Source: Eledone cirrhosa (taxonomy: Eukaryota). Taken from it: 64,000 bases of DNA. The notes below the pieces were generated by a model. It made no database searches and was not told the origin of the DNA. It worked only from the letters and a program-made list of their open reading frames with translations. The DNA lies in the NCBI GenBank assembly GCA_964016885.1, contig OZ024741.1, positions 2,914,001-2,978,000 on the forward strand, written 5' to 3'. Positions 1-13,419 of the stretch are shown one piece after another; within the stretch, counting starts at the first letter, position 1, and each line of letters opens with the position of its first letter. Made by a program: the position numbers and the translations under genes.

Positions 1-1230
1 CCTACTGTCCAGCTCTCCTCACAGTTTCTTTTCTGAAGCCCTTCTGCTGCCCAGCACTCCTCACAGTTTCTTCTCTGAACACCTTCTATTGTCCAGCTCT
101 CCTCTCAATTTCTTCTCTGAAGTCCTCCTCTCCAGCTCTCCTCACAGTTTCTTCTGTGAAGACCTTCTACTGTCCAGCTATCCTCACAGTTTCTTCTCTG
201 AAGAGCTTCTACTGTTCAGCTCCCCTCACAGTTCATTCTCTGAAGACCTTCTACTGTCCAGCTCTCCTCACAGTTTCTTCTCTGAAGTTCTACTACTGTC
301 CAGCTCTCCTCACAGTTTCTTCTCTGATGACCTTCTACTGTCCAGCTCTCCTCACAGTTTCTACTCTGAAGACCTTCTACTGTCCAGCTCTCCTCACAGA
401 TTCTTCTCTGAAGACATTCTATTGTCCAGCTCTCCTCACAGTTTCTTATCTGAAGACCTTCTACTGTCCAGCTCTCCTCACAGTTTCTTCTCTGAAGTCC
501 TTCTACTGTCCAGCTCTCCTCACAGATTCTTCTCTGAAGTCCTTCTACTGTCCAGCTCTCCTCACAGTTTCTTATCTGAAGACCTTCTACTGTCCAGCTC
601 TCCTCACAGTTTCTTCTCTGAAGACCTTCTTTGTCCTGCTCTCCTCACAGTTTCTTTTCTGAAGACCTTCTACTGTCCAGTTCCTCTCACAGTTTCTCAT
701 CTGAAGACCTTCTACTGTCCAGCTCTCCTCACAGTTTTTTCTCTGAAGACCTTCTACTGTCCAGTTCCTCTGAAAGTTTCTTCTCTGAAGACCTTCTACT
801 GTCCAGCTCTCCTCACAGTTTCTTCTCTGAAGACCTGCTGTGCAGCTCTCCTCACACTTTCTTCTTTGAAGACCTTCTACTGTCGAGCTCTCCTCACAGT
901 TTCTTCTCTGAAGACCTACTGTCCAGCTCTCCTCACAGTTTCTTTTCTGAAGCGCTTCTGTTGCCCAGCACTCCTCACAGTTTCTTCTCTGAACACCTTC
1001 TACTGTCCAGCTCTCCTCACAGTTTCTTCTCTGAAGTCCTTCTACTGTCCAGCTATCCTCACAGTTTCTTCTCTGAAGAGCTTCTACTGTTCAGCTCCCT
1101 CACAGTTCATTCTCTGAAGACCTTCTACTGTCCAGCTCTCCTCACAGTTTCTTCTCGGAAGTTCTACTACTGTGCAGCTCTCCTCACAGTTTCTTCTCTG
1201 AAGACCTTCTACTGTCCAGCTCTCCTCACA
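1..1230 (+). repeat. Partial third copy of the ~3.7-kb higher-order block (matches ~4517-5740 and ~8234-9460)
   Basis: Same order of variant monomers. The 41-bp marker lies at 631, 5147 and 8864 (offsets 4516 and 3717). The 1-bp deletion CAGCTCCCTCAC (~1095, 5611, 9328) and the variant TTCTCGGAAG are shared. ORFs 89..1117, 4275..5633 and 7992..9350 all end in ...SAPSQFIL. Confidence 0.9.
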
Positions 1231-2959
1231 GTTTCTTCTCTGAAGATCTTCTTCTGTCCATCTCTCCTCAATGTTTCTTCTCTGAATACCTTCCACTGTC
1301 CAGCTCTCCTCACAGATTCTTCTCTGAAGTCCTTCTACCGTCCAGTTCCTCTCACAGTTTCTTCTCTGAAGACCTTCTACTGTCCAGCTCTCCTCACAGT
1401 TTCTTCTCTGATGACCATCTTCTGTTCTGCTCTCTTCACAGTTTATTCTTTGAAGACCTTCTACTGTCCAGTTCCTCTCACAGTTTCTTCTCTGAAGACC
1501 TTCTACTGTCCAGCTCTCCTCACACTTTCTTCTCTGAAGACCTGCTGCTGTCCAGCTCTCCTCACAGTTTCTTCTCTGAAGATCTTCTACTGTCCAGCTC
1601 TCCGGACAGTTTCTTCCCCGATGACCTTCTATTCTCCAGCTCTCCTCACAGTTTCTTCTCTGAAGACCTTCTACTGTCCAGCTCTTCTCATGATTTCTTA
1701 TGTGAAGACCTTCTACTGTCCAGCTCTCCTCACAGTTTCTTCTCTGAAGAGATTCTACTGTCCAGCTCTCCTCACAGTTTCTTGTCTGAAGTTCTACTTC
1801 TGTCCATCTCTCCTCACACTTTCTTCTCTGAAGACCTTTTACTGTACAGCTCTCCTCACAGTTTCTTCTCTGAAGACCTTCTACTCTCCAGCTCTCCTCA
1901 TCATTTCTTCTCTGAAGACCTTCTGCTGCCCAGCACTCCTCACAGTTTCTTCTCTGAACACCTTCTACTGTCCAGCTCTCCTCACAGTTTCTTCTCTGAA
2001 GACCTTCTGCTGTCCTGCTCTCCTCACATTTTCTTCTCTGAAGATTTTCTACTGTCCAGTTCTCCTCAAACTTTCTTCTCTGAAGACCTTCTACTGTCCA
2101 GCTCTCCTCACAGTTTCTTCTCTAAAAAGCTTCTACTGTTCAGCTCCCCTCGCATTTTATTCTCTGAAGATCTACTGTCGTTTCAGCTCGCCTGGCAGTT
2201 TCTTCTCTGAAGAGCTTCCACTGTCCAGCTCTCCTGACAGTTTCTTCTCTGAACACCTTCTACTGTCCAGCTCCTCTCACAGTTTCTTCTCTGAAGTTCT
2301 ACTACTGTCCAGCTCTCCTCACAGTTTCTTCTCTGGAGACCTTCTACTGTCCAGTTCTCCTCACAGTTTCTTCTCTGAAGACCTTCAACTGACCAGTTCT
2401 CCTCATACTTTCTTCTTTGAAGACCTTCTACTGTCCAGCTCTCCTCACAGATTCTTCTCTCAAGACCTACTACTGTCCAGCTCTCTTCACAGTTTCTTCT
2501 CTGAAGAGATTCTACTGTCCAGCTCTCCTCACAGTTTCTTGTCTGAAGTTCTACTACTCTCCATCTCTCCTCACAGTTTCTTGTTTGAAGACCTTCTGCT
2601 GTATAGCTCTCCTCACACTTTCTTCTCTGCAGACCTTCTACTCTCCAGCTCTCCTCATCATTTCTTCTCTGAAGACCTTCTACTGTCCAGCTCTCCTCAC
2701 AGATTCTTCTCTGAAGACCTTCTACTGTCCAGCTCTCCTCACAGTTACTTCTCTGAAGACCTTCTAATGTCCAACTCTCCTCACAGTTTCTTCTCTGAAG
2801 ACCTTCTACTGTCCAGTTCTCCTCACACTTTCTTCTTTGAAGACCTTCTACTGTCCCGCTCTCCTCACAGTTTCTTCTCTGAAGACCTACTGTCCAGCTC
2901 TCCTCACAGTTTCTTTTCTGAAGCCCTTCTGCTGCCCAGCACTCCTCACAGTTTCTTCT

Positions 2960-5900
2960 CTGAACACCTTCTACTGTCCAGCTCTCCTCACAATTTCTTC
3001 TCTGAAGATCTTCTACTGTCCAGCTATCCTCACAGTTTCTTCTCTGAAGAGCTTCTACTGTTCAGCTCCCCTCACAGTTCATTCGCTGAAGACATTCTAC
3101 TGTCCAGCTCTCCTCACAGTTTCTTCTCTGAAGACCTTCTACTGTCCAGCTCTCCTCACAGATTCCTCTCTAAAGTCCTTCTACTGTCCAGCACTCCTCA
3201 CAGTTTCTTCTCTGATGACCTTCTTCTGTCCTGCTCATTTCACAGTTTCTTCTCTGAAGACCTTCTACTGTCCAGTTCCTCTCACATTTTCTTCTCTGAA
3301 GACCTTCTACTGTCCAGCTCTCCTCACAGTTTCTTCTCTGAAGACCTTCTGCTGTCCAGCTCTCCTCACACTTTCTTCTCTGAAGACCTTCTACTGTCCA
3401 GCTCTCCTCACAGTTTCTCCTCTGAAGCCCTTCTGCTGTCCAGCTCTCCTCACAGTTTCTTCTCTGAAGATCTTCTGCTGTCCAGCTCTCCTCACAGATT
3501 CTTCTGTGAAGACCTTCTACTGTCCAGCTCTCCTCACAATTTCTTCTCTGAAGACCTTCTGCTGTCCATCTCTACTCACAGTTTCTTCTCTGAAAACCTT
3601 CTACTGTCTAGCTCTCCGGACAGTTTCTTCTCTGAAGACCGTCTACTCTCCAGCTCTCCTCACAGTTTCTTCCCTGAAGACCTCCTGCTGACCAGCTCTC
3701 CTCACAGTTTCTTCTCTGAAGTTCTTCTACTGTCCATCTCTCCTCACAGATTCTTCTCTGAAGACCTTCTACAGTCCAGCTCTCCTCACTGTTTCTTCTC
3801 TGAAGACCTTCTACTGTCCAGCTCTCCTCACACTCTCTTCTTAGAAGACCTTCTACTGTCCAGCTCGCCTCACAGTTTCTTTTCTGAAGCCCTTCTGCTG
3901 CCCATCACTCCTCACACTTTCTTCACTGAACACCTTCTACCGTCCAGCTCTCCTCACATTTTCTTCTCTGAAGACCTTCTACTGTCCAGCTCTCCTCACA
4001 GTTTCTTCTCTGAAGTTCTACTACTGTCCAACTCTCCTCACAGTTTCTTCTCTGAAGACCTTCTACTGTCCAGCTCTCCTCACAGTTTCTACGCTGAAGA
4101 CCTTCTACTGTCCAGCTCTCCTCACAGATTCTTCTCTGAAGTCTTTCTACTGTCCAGCTCTCCTCACAGTTTCTTATCTGAAGACCTTCTACTGTCCAGC
4201 TCTCCTCACAGTTTCTTCTCTGAAGTCCTTCTACTGTACAGCTCTCCTCACAGTTTCTTCTCTGAAGACCTTCTTTGTCCTGCTCTCCTCACAGTTTCTT
4301 CTCTGAAGACCTTCTACTGTCCAGTTCCTCTCACAGTTTCTCATCTGAAGACCTTCTACTGTCCAGCCCTCCTCACAGTTTCTTCTCTGAAGACCTTGTA
4401 CTGTCCAGCTCTCCTCACAGTTTCTTCTCTGAAGACATTCTGCTGTGCAGCTCTCCTCACACTTTCTTCATTGAAGACCTACTGTCCAGCTCTCCTCACA
4501 GTTTCTTCTCTGAAGACCTACTGTCCAGCTCTCCTCACAGTTTCTTTTCTGAAGCCCTTCTGCTGCCCAGCACTCCTCACAGTTTCTTCTCTGAACACCT
4601 TCTATTGTCCAGCTCTCCTCTCAATTTCTTCTCTGAAGTCCTCCTCTCCAGCTCTCCTCACAGTTTCTTCTCTGAAGACCTTCTACTGTCCAGCTATCCT
4701 CACAGTTTCTTCTCTGAAGAGCTTCTACTGTTCAGCTCCCCTCACAGTTCATTCTCTGAAGACCTTCTACTGTCCAGCTCTCCTCACAGTTTCTTCTCTG
4801 AAGTTCTACTACTGTCCAGCTCTCCTCACAGTTTCTTCTCTGATGACCTTCTACTGTCCAGCTCTCCTCACAGTTTCTACTCTGAAGACCTTCTACTGTC
4901 CAGCTCTCCTCACAGATTCTTCTGTGAAGACATTCTATTGTCCAGCTCTCCTCACAGTTTCTTATCTGAAGACCTTCTACTGTCCAGCTCTCCTCACAGT
5001 TTCTTCTCTGAAGTCCTTCTACTGTCCAGCTCTCCTCACAGATTCTTCTCTGAAGTCCTTCTACTGTCCAGCTCTCCTCACAGTTTCTTATCTGAAGACC
5101 TTCTACTGTCTAGCTCTCCTCACAGTTTCTTCTCTGAAGACCTTCTTTGTCCTGCTCTCCTCACAGTTTCTTTTCTGAAGGCCTTCTACTGTCCAGTTCC
5201 TCTCACAGTTTCTCATCTGAAGACCTTCTACTGTCCAGCTCTCCTCACAGTTTTTTCTCTGAAGACCTTCTACTGTCCAGTTCCTCTCAAAGTTTCTTCT
5301 CTGAAGACCTTCTACTGTCCAGCTCTCCTCACAGTTTCTTCTCTGAAGACCTGCTGTGCAGCTCTCCTCACACTTTCTTCTTTGAAGACCTTCTACTGTC
5401 GAGCTCTCCTCACAGTTTCTTCTCTGAAGACCTACTGTCCAGCTCTCCTCACAGTTTCTTTTCTGAAGCGCTTCTGTTGCCCAGCACTCCTCACAGTTTC
5501 TTCTCTGAACACCTTCTACTGTCCAGCTCTCCTCACAGTTTCTTCTCTGAAGTCCTTCTACTGTCCAGCTATCCTCACAGTTTCTTCTCTGAAGAGCTTC
5601 TACTGTTCAGCTCCCTCACAGTTCATTCTCTGAAGACCTTCTACTGTCCAGCTCTCCTCACAGTTTCTTCTCGGAAGTTCTACTAATGTGCAGCTCTCCT
5701 CACAGTTTCTTCTCTGAAGACCTCCTACTGTCCAGCTCTCCTCACAGTTTCTACTCTGAAGACCTTCTGTTGTCCAGCTCTCCTCACTGATTCTTCTCTT
5801 AAGACATTCTACTGTCCAGCTCTCCTCACAGTTTCTTCTCTGAAGACCTTCTACTGTCCAGCTCTCCTCACAGTTTCTTCTCTAAAGTCCTTCTACTGTC

Positions 5901-8900
5901 CAACTCACCTCACAGTTTCTTCTCTGAGGACCTTCTTCTGTCCTGCTCTCATCACAGTTTGTTCTCTGAAGACCTTCTACTGTCCAGTTCCTCTCACAGT
6001 TTCTTCTGTGAAGACCTTCTACTGTCCAGCTCTCCGGACAGTTTCTTCTCTGAAGACCGTCTACTCTCCAGCTCTCCTCACAGTTTCTTCTCTGAAGACC
6101 TCCTGCTGACCAGCTCTCCTCACAGTTTCTTCTCTGAAGTTCTTCTACCGTCCATCTCTCCTCACAGTTTCTTGTTTGAAGACCTTCTGCTGTATAGCTC
6201 TCCTCACACTTTCTTCTCTGCAGACCTTCTACTCTCCAGCTCTCCTCATCATTTCTTCTCTGAAGACCTTCTACTGTCCAGATCTCCTCACAGATTCTTC
6301 TCTGAAGACCTTCTACTGTCCAGCTCTCCTCACTGTTTCTTCTCTGAAGACCTTCTACTGTCCAGCTCTACGAACAGTTTCTTTTCTGAAGACCTTCTAC
6401 TGTCCTGTTCTCCTCACACTCTCTTCTTTGAAGACCTTCTACTATCCAGCTCTCCTCACAGTTTCTTCTCTGAAGACCTACTGTCCAGCTCGCCTCACAG
6501 TTTCTTTTCTGAAGCCCTTCTGCTGCCCAGCACTCCTCACAGTTTCTTCACTGAACACCTTCTACCGTCCAGCTCTCCTCACATTTTCTTCTCTGAAGAC
6601 CTTCTACTGTCCAGCTCTCCTCACAGTTCCTTCTCTGAAGTTCTACTACTGTCCAACTCTCCTCACAGTTTCTTCTCTGAAGACCTTGTACTGTCCAGCT
6701 CTCCTCACAGTTTCTTCTCTGAAGACCTTCTACTGTCCAGCTCTCCTCACAATTTCTTCTCTGAAGATCTTCTACTGTCCAGCTATCCTCACAGTTTCTT
6801 CTCTGAAGAGCTTCTACTGTTCAGCTCCCCTCACAGTTCATTCGCTGAAGACATTCTACTGTCCAGCTCTCCTCACAGTTTCTTCTCTGAAGACCTTCTA
6901 CTGTCCAGCTCTCCTCACAGATTCCTCTCTAAAGTCCTTCTACTGTCCAGCACTCCTCACAGTTTCTTCTCTGATGACCTTCTTCTGTCCTGCTCATTTC
7001 ACAGTTTCTTCTCTGAAGACCTTCTACTGTCCAGTTCCTCTCACATTTTCTTCTCTGAAGACCTTCTACTGTCCAGCTCTCCTCACAGTTTCTTCTCTGA
7101 AGACCTTCTGCTGTCCAGCTCTCCTCACACTTTCTTCTCTGAAGACCTTCTACTGTCCAGCTCTCCTCACAGTTTCTCCTCTGAAGCCCTTCTGCTGTCC
7201 AGCTCTCCTCACAGTTTCTTCTCTGAAGATCTTCTGCTGTCCAGCTCTCCTCACAGATTCTTCTGTGAAGACCTTCAACTGTCCAGCTCTCCTCACAATT
7301 TCTTCTCTGAAGACCTTCTGCTGTCCATCTCTACTCACAGTTTCTTCTCTGAAAACCTTCTACTGTCTAGCTCTCCGGACAGTTTCTTCTCTGAAGACCG
7401 TCTACTCTCCAGCTCTCCTCACAGTTTCTTCCCTGAAGACCTCCTGCTGACCAGCTCTCCTCACAGTTTCTTCTCTGAAGTTCTTCTACTGTCCATCTCT
7501 CCTCACAGATTCTTCTCTGAAGACCTTCTACAGTCCAGCTCTCCTCACTGTTTCTTCTCTGAAGACCTTCTACTGTCCAGCTCGCCTCACAGTTTCTTTT
7601 CTGAAGCCCTTCTGCTGCCCAGCACTCCTCACACTTTCTTCACTGAACACCTTCTACCGTCCAGCTCTCCTCACATTTTCTTCTCTGAAGACCTTCTACT
7701 GTCCAGCTCTCCTCACAGTTTCTTCTCTGAAGTTCTACTACTGTCCAACTCTTCTCACAGTTTCTTCTCTGAAGACCTTCTACTGTCCAGCTCTCCTCAC
7801 AGTTTCTACGCTGAAGACCTTCTACTGTCCAGCTCTCCTCACAGATTCTTCTCTGAAGTCTTTCTACTGTCCAGCTCTCCTCACAGTTTCTTATCTGAAG
7901 ACCTTCTACTGTCCAGCTCTCCTCACAGTTTCTTCTCTGAAGTCCTTCTACTGTACAGCTCTCCTCACAGTTTCTTCTCTGAAGACCTTCTTTGTCCTGC
8001 TCTCCTCACAGTTTCTTCTCTGAAGACCTTCTACTGTCCAGTTCCTCTCACAGTTTCTCATCTGAAGACCTTCTACTGTCCAGCTCTCCTCACAGTTTCT
8101 TCTCTGAAGACCTTGTACTGTCCAGCTCTCCTCACAGTTTCTTCTCTGAAGACATTCTGCTGTGCAGCTCTCCTCACACTTTCTTCATTGAAGACCTACT
8201 GTCCAGCTCTCCTCACAGTTTCTTCTCTGAAGACCTACTGTCCAGCTCTCCTCACAGTTTCTTTTCTGAAGCCCTTCTGCTGCCCAGCACTCCTCACAGT
8301 TTCTTCTCTGAACACCTTCTATTGTCCAGCTCTCCTCTCAATTTCTTCTCTGAAGTCCTCCTCTCCAGCTCTCCTCACAGTTTCTTCTCTGAAGACCTTC
8401 TACTGTCCAGCTATCCTCACAGTTTCTTCTCTGAAGAGCTTCTACTGTTCAGCTCCCCTCACAGTTCATTCTCTGAAGACCTTCTACTGTCCAGCTCTCC
8501 TCACAGTTTCTTCTCTGAAGTTCTACTACTGTCCAGCTCTCCTCACAGTTTCTTCTCTGATGACCTTCTACTGTCCAGCTCTCCTCACAGTTTCTACTCT
8601 GAAGACCTTCTACTGTCCAGCTCTCCTCACAGATTCTTCTCTGAAGACATTCTATTGTCCAGCTCTCCTCACAGTTTCTTATCTGAAGACCTTCTACTGT
8701 CCAGCTCTCCTCACAGTTTCTTCTCTGAAGTCCTTCTACTGTCCAGCTCTCCTCACAGTTTCTTCTCTGAAGTCCTTCTACTGTCCAGCTCTCCTCACAG
8801 TTTCTTATCTGAAGACCTTCTACTGTCCAGCTCTCCTCACAGTTTCTTCTCTGAAGACCTTCTTTGTCCTGCTCTCCTCACAGTTTCTTTTCTGAAGGCC

Positions 8901-10490
8901 TTCTACTGTCCAGTTCCTCTCACAGTTTCTCATCTGAAGACCTTCTACTGTCCAGCTCTCCTCACAGTTTTTTCTCTGAAGACCTTCTACTGTCCAGTTC
9001 CTCTCAAAGTTTCTTCTCTGAAGACCTTCTACTGTCCAGCTCTCCTCACAGTTTCTTCTCTGAAGACCTGCTGTGCAGCTCTCCTCACACTTTCTTCTTT
9101 GAAGACCTTCTACTGTCGAGCTCTCCTCACAGTTTCTTCTCTGAAGACCTACTGTCCAGCTCTCCTCACAGTTTCTTTTCTGAAGCGCTTCTGTTGCCCA
9201 GCACTCCTCACAGTTTCTTCTCTGAACACCTTCTACTGTCCAGCTCTCCTCACAGTTTCTTCTCTGAAGTCCTTCTACTGTCCAGCTATCCTCACAGTTT
9301 CTTTTCTGAAGAGCTTCTACTGTTCAGCTCCCTCACAGTTCATTCTCTGAAGACCTTCTACTGTCCAGCTCTCCTCACAGTTTCTTCTCGGAAGTTCTAC
9401 TACTGTGCAGCTCTCCTCACAGTTTCTTCTCTGAAGACCTTCTACTGTCCAGCTCTCCTCACAGTTTCTACTCTGAAGACCTTCTGTTGTCCAGCTCTCC
9501 TCACTGATTCTTCTCTTAAGACATTCTACTGTCCAGCTCTCCTCACAGTTTCTTCTCTGAAGACCTTCTACTGTCCAGCTCTCCTCACAGTTTCTTCTCT
9601 AAAATCCTTCTACTGTCCAGCTCACCTCACAGTTTCTTCTCTGAGGACCTTCTTCTGTCCTGCTCTCATCACAGTTTGTTCTCTGAAGACCTTCTACTGT
9701 CCAGTTCCTCTCACAGTTTCTTCTGTGAAGACCTTCTACTGTCCAGCTCTCCTCACAATTTCTTCTCTGAAGACCTTCTGCTGTCCATCTCTACTCACAG
9801 TTTCTTCTCTGAAGACCTTCTACTGTCTAGCTCTCCGGACAGTTTCTTCTCTGAAGACCGTCTACTCTCCAGCTCTCCTCACAGTTTCTTCTCTGAAGAC
9901 CTCCTGCTGACCAGCTCTCCTCACAGTTTCTTCTCTGAAGTTCTTCTACCGTCCATCTCTCCTCACAGTTTCTTGTTTGAAGACCTTCTGCTGTATAGCT
10001 CTCCTCACACTTTCTTCTCTGCAGACCTTCTACTCTCCAGCTCTCCTCATCATTTCTTCTCTGAAGACCTTCTACTGTCCAGCTCTCCTCACAGATTCTT
10101 CTCTGAAGACCTTCTACTGTCCAGCTCTCCTCACTGTTTCTTCTCTGAAGACATTCTACTGTCCAGCTCTAAGAACAGTTTCTTTTCTGAAGACCTTCTA
10201 CTGTCCTGTTCTCCTCACACTCTCTTCTTTGAAGACCTTCTACTATCCAGCTCTCCTCACAGTTTCTTCTCTGAAGACCTACTGTCCAGCTCGCCTCACA
10301 GTTTCTTTTCTGAAGCCCTTCTGCTGCCCAGCTCTCCTCACATTTTCTTCTCTGAAGACCATCTACTGTCCAGCTCTCCTCACAGTTTCTTCTCTGAAAT
10401 TCTACTACTGTCCAACTCTCTTCACAGTTTCTTCTCTGAAGACCTTGTACTGTCCAGCTCTCCTCACAGTTTCTTCTCTGAAGACCTTCT
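2960..10490 (+). repeat. Tandem duplication of a ~3.7-kb higher-order unit (~2960-6720 and ~6720-10490)
   Basis: Marker offsets: 2992/6751 = 3759; 4275/7992, 5147/8864 and 5959/9676 = 3717; 6176/9977 = 3801. The offsets differ by exact multiples of 42. Confidence 0.9.
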
Positions 10491-13419
10491 GCTGTGCAGC
10501 TCTCCTCACACTTTCTTCTTTGAAGACCTACTGTCCAGCTCTCCTCACAGTTTTTTCTCTCAAGACCTACTGTCCAGCTCTCCTCACAGTTTCTTTTCTG
10601 AAGCCCTTCTGCTGCCCAGCACTCCTCACAGTTTCTTCTCTGAACACCTTCTAATGTCCAGCTCTCCTCACAGTTTCTTCTCTGAAGAGCTTCTACTGTT
10701 CAGCTCCCCTCACAGTTCATTCTCTGAAGACCTTCTACTGTCCAGCTCTCCTCACAGTTTCTTCTCTGAAGTTCTACTACTGTCCAGCTCTCCTCACAGT
10801 TTCTTCTCTGAAGACCTTCTACTGTCCAGCTCTCCTCACAGATTCTTCTCTGAAGACCTTCTACTGTCCAGCTCTCGTCACTGTTTCTTCTCTGAAGACC
10901 TTCTACTGTCCAGCTCTACGAACAGTTTCTTTTCTGAAGACCTTGTACTGTCCAGTTCTCGTCACACTCTCTTCTTTGAAGACCTTCTACTATCCAGCTC
11001 TCCTCACAGTTTCTTCTCTGAAGACCTACTGTCCAGCTCTCCTCACAGTTTCTTTTCTGAAGCCCTTCTGCTGCCCAGTACTCCTCACAGTTTCTTCACT
11101 GAACACCTTCTACCATCCAGCTCTCCTCACATTTTCTTCTCTGAAGACCTTCTACTGTCCAGCTCTCCTCACAGTTTCATCTCTGAAGTTCTACTACTGT
11201 CCAGCTCTCCACACAGTTTCTTTTCTGAAGACCTTCTACTGTCCAGCTCTCCTCACAGTTTCTACTCTGAAGAGCTTCTATTGTCCAGCTCTCCTCACAG
11301 ATTCTTCTCTGAAGACATTCTACTGTCCAGCTCTCCTCACAGTTTCTTATCTGAAGACCTTCTTCTGTCCAGCTCTCCTCACAGTTTCTTCTCTGAAGTC
11401 CTTCTACTGTCCAGCTCTCCTCACAGTTTCTTCTCTGAAGACTTTCTTTGTCCTGCTCTCCTCACAGTTTCTTTTCTGAAGACCTTCTACTGTCCAGTTC
11501 CTCTCACAGTTTCTCATCTGAAGACCTTCTACTGTCCAGCTCTCCTCACAGTTTCTTCTCTGAAGACCTTCTACTGTCCAGTTCCTCTCACAGTTTCTTC
11601 TCTGAAGACCTTCTACTGTCCAGCTCTCCTCACAGTTTCTTCTCTGAAGACCTTCTGCTGTGCAGCGCTCCTCACACTTTCTTCTTTGAAGACCTTCTAC
11701 TGTCGAGCTCTCCTCACAGTTTCTTCTCTGAAGACCTACTGTCCAGCTCTCCTCACAGTTTCTTTTCTGAAGCCCTTCTCACAGTTTCTTCTCTGAACAC
11801 TTTCTAATGTCCAGCTCTCCTCACAATTTCTTCACTGAAGACCTTCTTCTGTCCAGCTCTCCTCACAGTTTCTTCTCTGAAGACCTTCTACTATCCAGCT
11901 CTCCTCACAGTTTCTTCTCTGAAGACCTACTGTCCAGCTCTCCTCACAGTTTCTTTTCTGAAGCCCTTCTGCTGCCCAGCACTCCTCACATTTTCTTCAC
12001 TGAACACCTTCTACCGTCCAGCTCTCCTCACATTTTCTTCTCTGAAGACCTTCTACTGTCCAGCTCTCCTCACAGTTTCTTCTCTGAAGTTCTACTACTG
12101 TCCAGCTCTCCTCACAGTTTCTTCTCTGAAGACCTTCTACTGTCCAGCTCTCCTCACAGTTTCTACTCTGAAGACCTTCTACTGTCCAGCTCTCCTCACA
12201 GTTTCTTATCTGAAGACCTTCTACTGTCCAACTCTCCTCACAGTTTCTTCTCTGAAGTCCTTCTACTGTCCAGCCTCCTCACAGATTCTTCTCTGAAGTC
12301 CTTCTACTGTCCAGCTCTCCTCACAGTTTCTTCTCTGAAGACCTTCTGCTGTGCAGCTCTCCTCACACTTTCTTCTTTGAAGACCTTCTACTGTCGAGCT
12401 CTCATCACAGTTTCTTCTCTGAAGACTTTCTTTGTCCTGCTCTCCTCACAGTTTCTTTTCTGAAGACCTTCTACTGTCCAGTTCCTCTCACAGTTTCTCT
12501 TCTGAAGACCTTCTACTGTCCAGCTCTCCTCACAGTTTCTTCTCTGAAGACCTTCTACTGTCCAGCTCTCCTCACAGTTTCTTCTCTGAAGACCTTCTAC
12601 TGTCCAGCTATCCTCACAGTTTCTTATCTGAAGACCTTCTACTGTCCAGCTCTCCTCACAGTTTCTTCTCTGAAGACCTTCTACTGTCCATTTCTACTCA
12701 CAGTTTCTTCTCTGAAGACCTTCTACTGTCTAGCTCTCCGGACAGTTTCTTCTCTGAAGACCGTCTACTCTCTAGCTCTCCTCACAGTTTCTTCTCTGAA
12801 GATCTCCTGCTGACCAGCTCTCCTCACAGTTTCTTCTCTGAAGACCTTCTACTGTCCATCTCTCCTCACAGTTTCTTCTCTGAAGACCTTCTACTGTACA
12901 GTTCCTCTCACAGTTTCTTCTCTGAAGACCTTCTACTGTCCAGCTCTCCTCACAGTTATTTCTCTGAAGTCCTTCTACTGTCCATCTCTCCTCACAGTTT
13001 CTTCTCTGAAGACCTTCTACAGTCCAGTTCCTCTCACAGTTTCTACTCTGAAGACCTTCTACTGTCCAGCTCTCCTCACAGATTCTTCTCTGAAGACATT
13101 CTATTGTCCAGCTCTCCTCACAGTTTCTTATCTGAAGACCTTCTACTGTCCAGCTCTCCTCACAGTTTCTTCTCTGAAGTCCTTCTACTGTCCAGCTCTC
13201 CTCACAGTTTCTTCTCTGAAGACCTTCTTTGTCCTGCCCTCCTCACAGTCTCTTTTCTGAAGACCTTCTACTGTCCAGTTCCTCTCACAGTTTCTCATCT
13301 GAAGACCTTCTACTGTCCAGCTCTCCTCACAGTTTCTTCTCTGAAGACCTTCTACTGTCCAGCTCTCCTCACAGTTTCTTATCTGAAGACCTTCTACTGT
13401 CCAGCTCTCCTCACAGTTT

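Noticed and set aside
631-5178. 1515-aa ORF, and other large + strand ORFs such as 5959..8895, 23869..27168 and 24065..27163, as real CDS
   Set aside because: They are pure repeat translations with no unique N- or C-terminal domain and mostly TTG starts created by repeat variants. Two frames overlap, and each ORF swaps between the two peptide motifs at recurrent 1-bp indels. Stops (TCTTAA, TGCTGA) are propagated by duplication.
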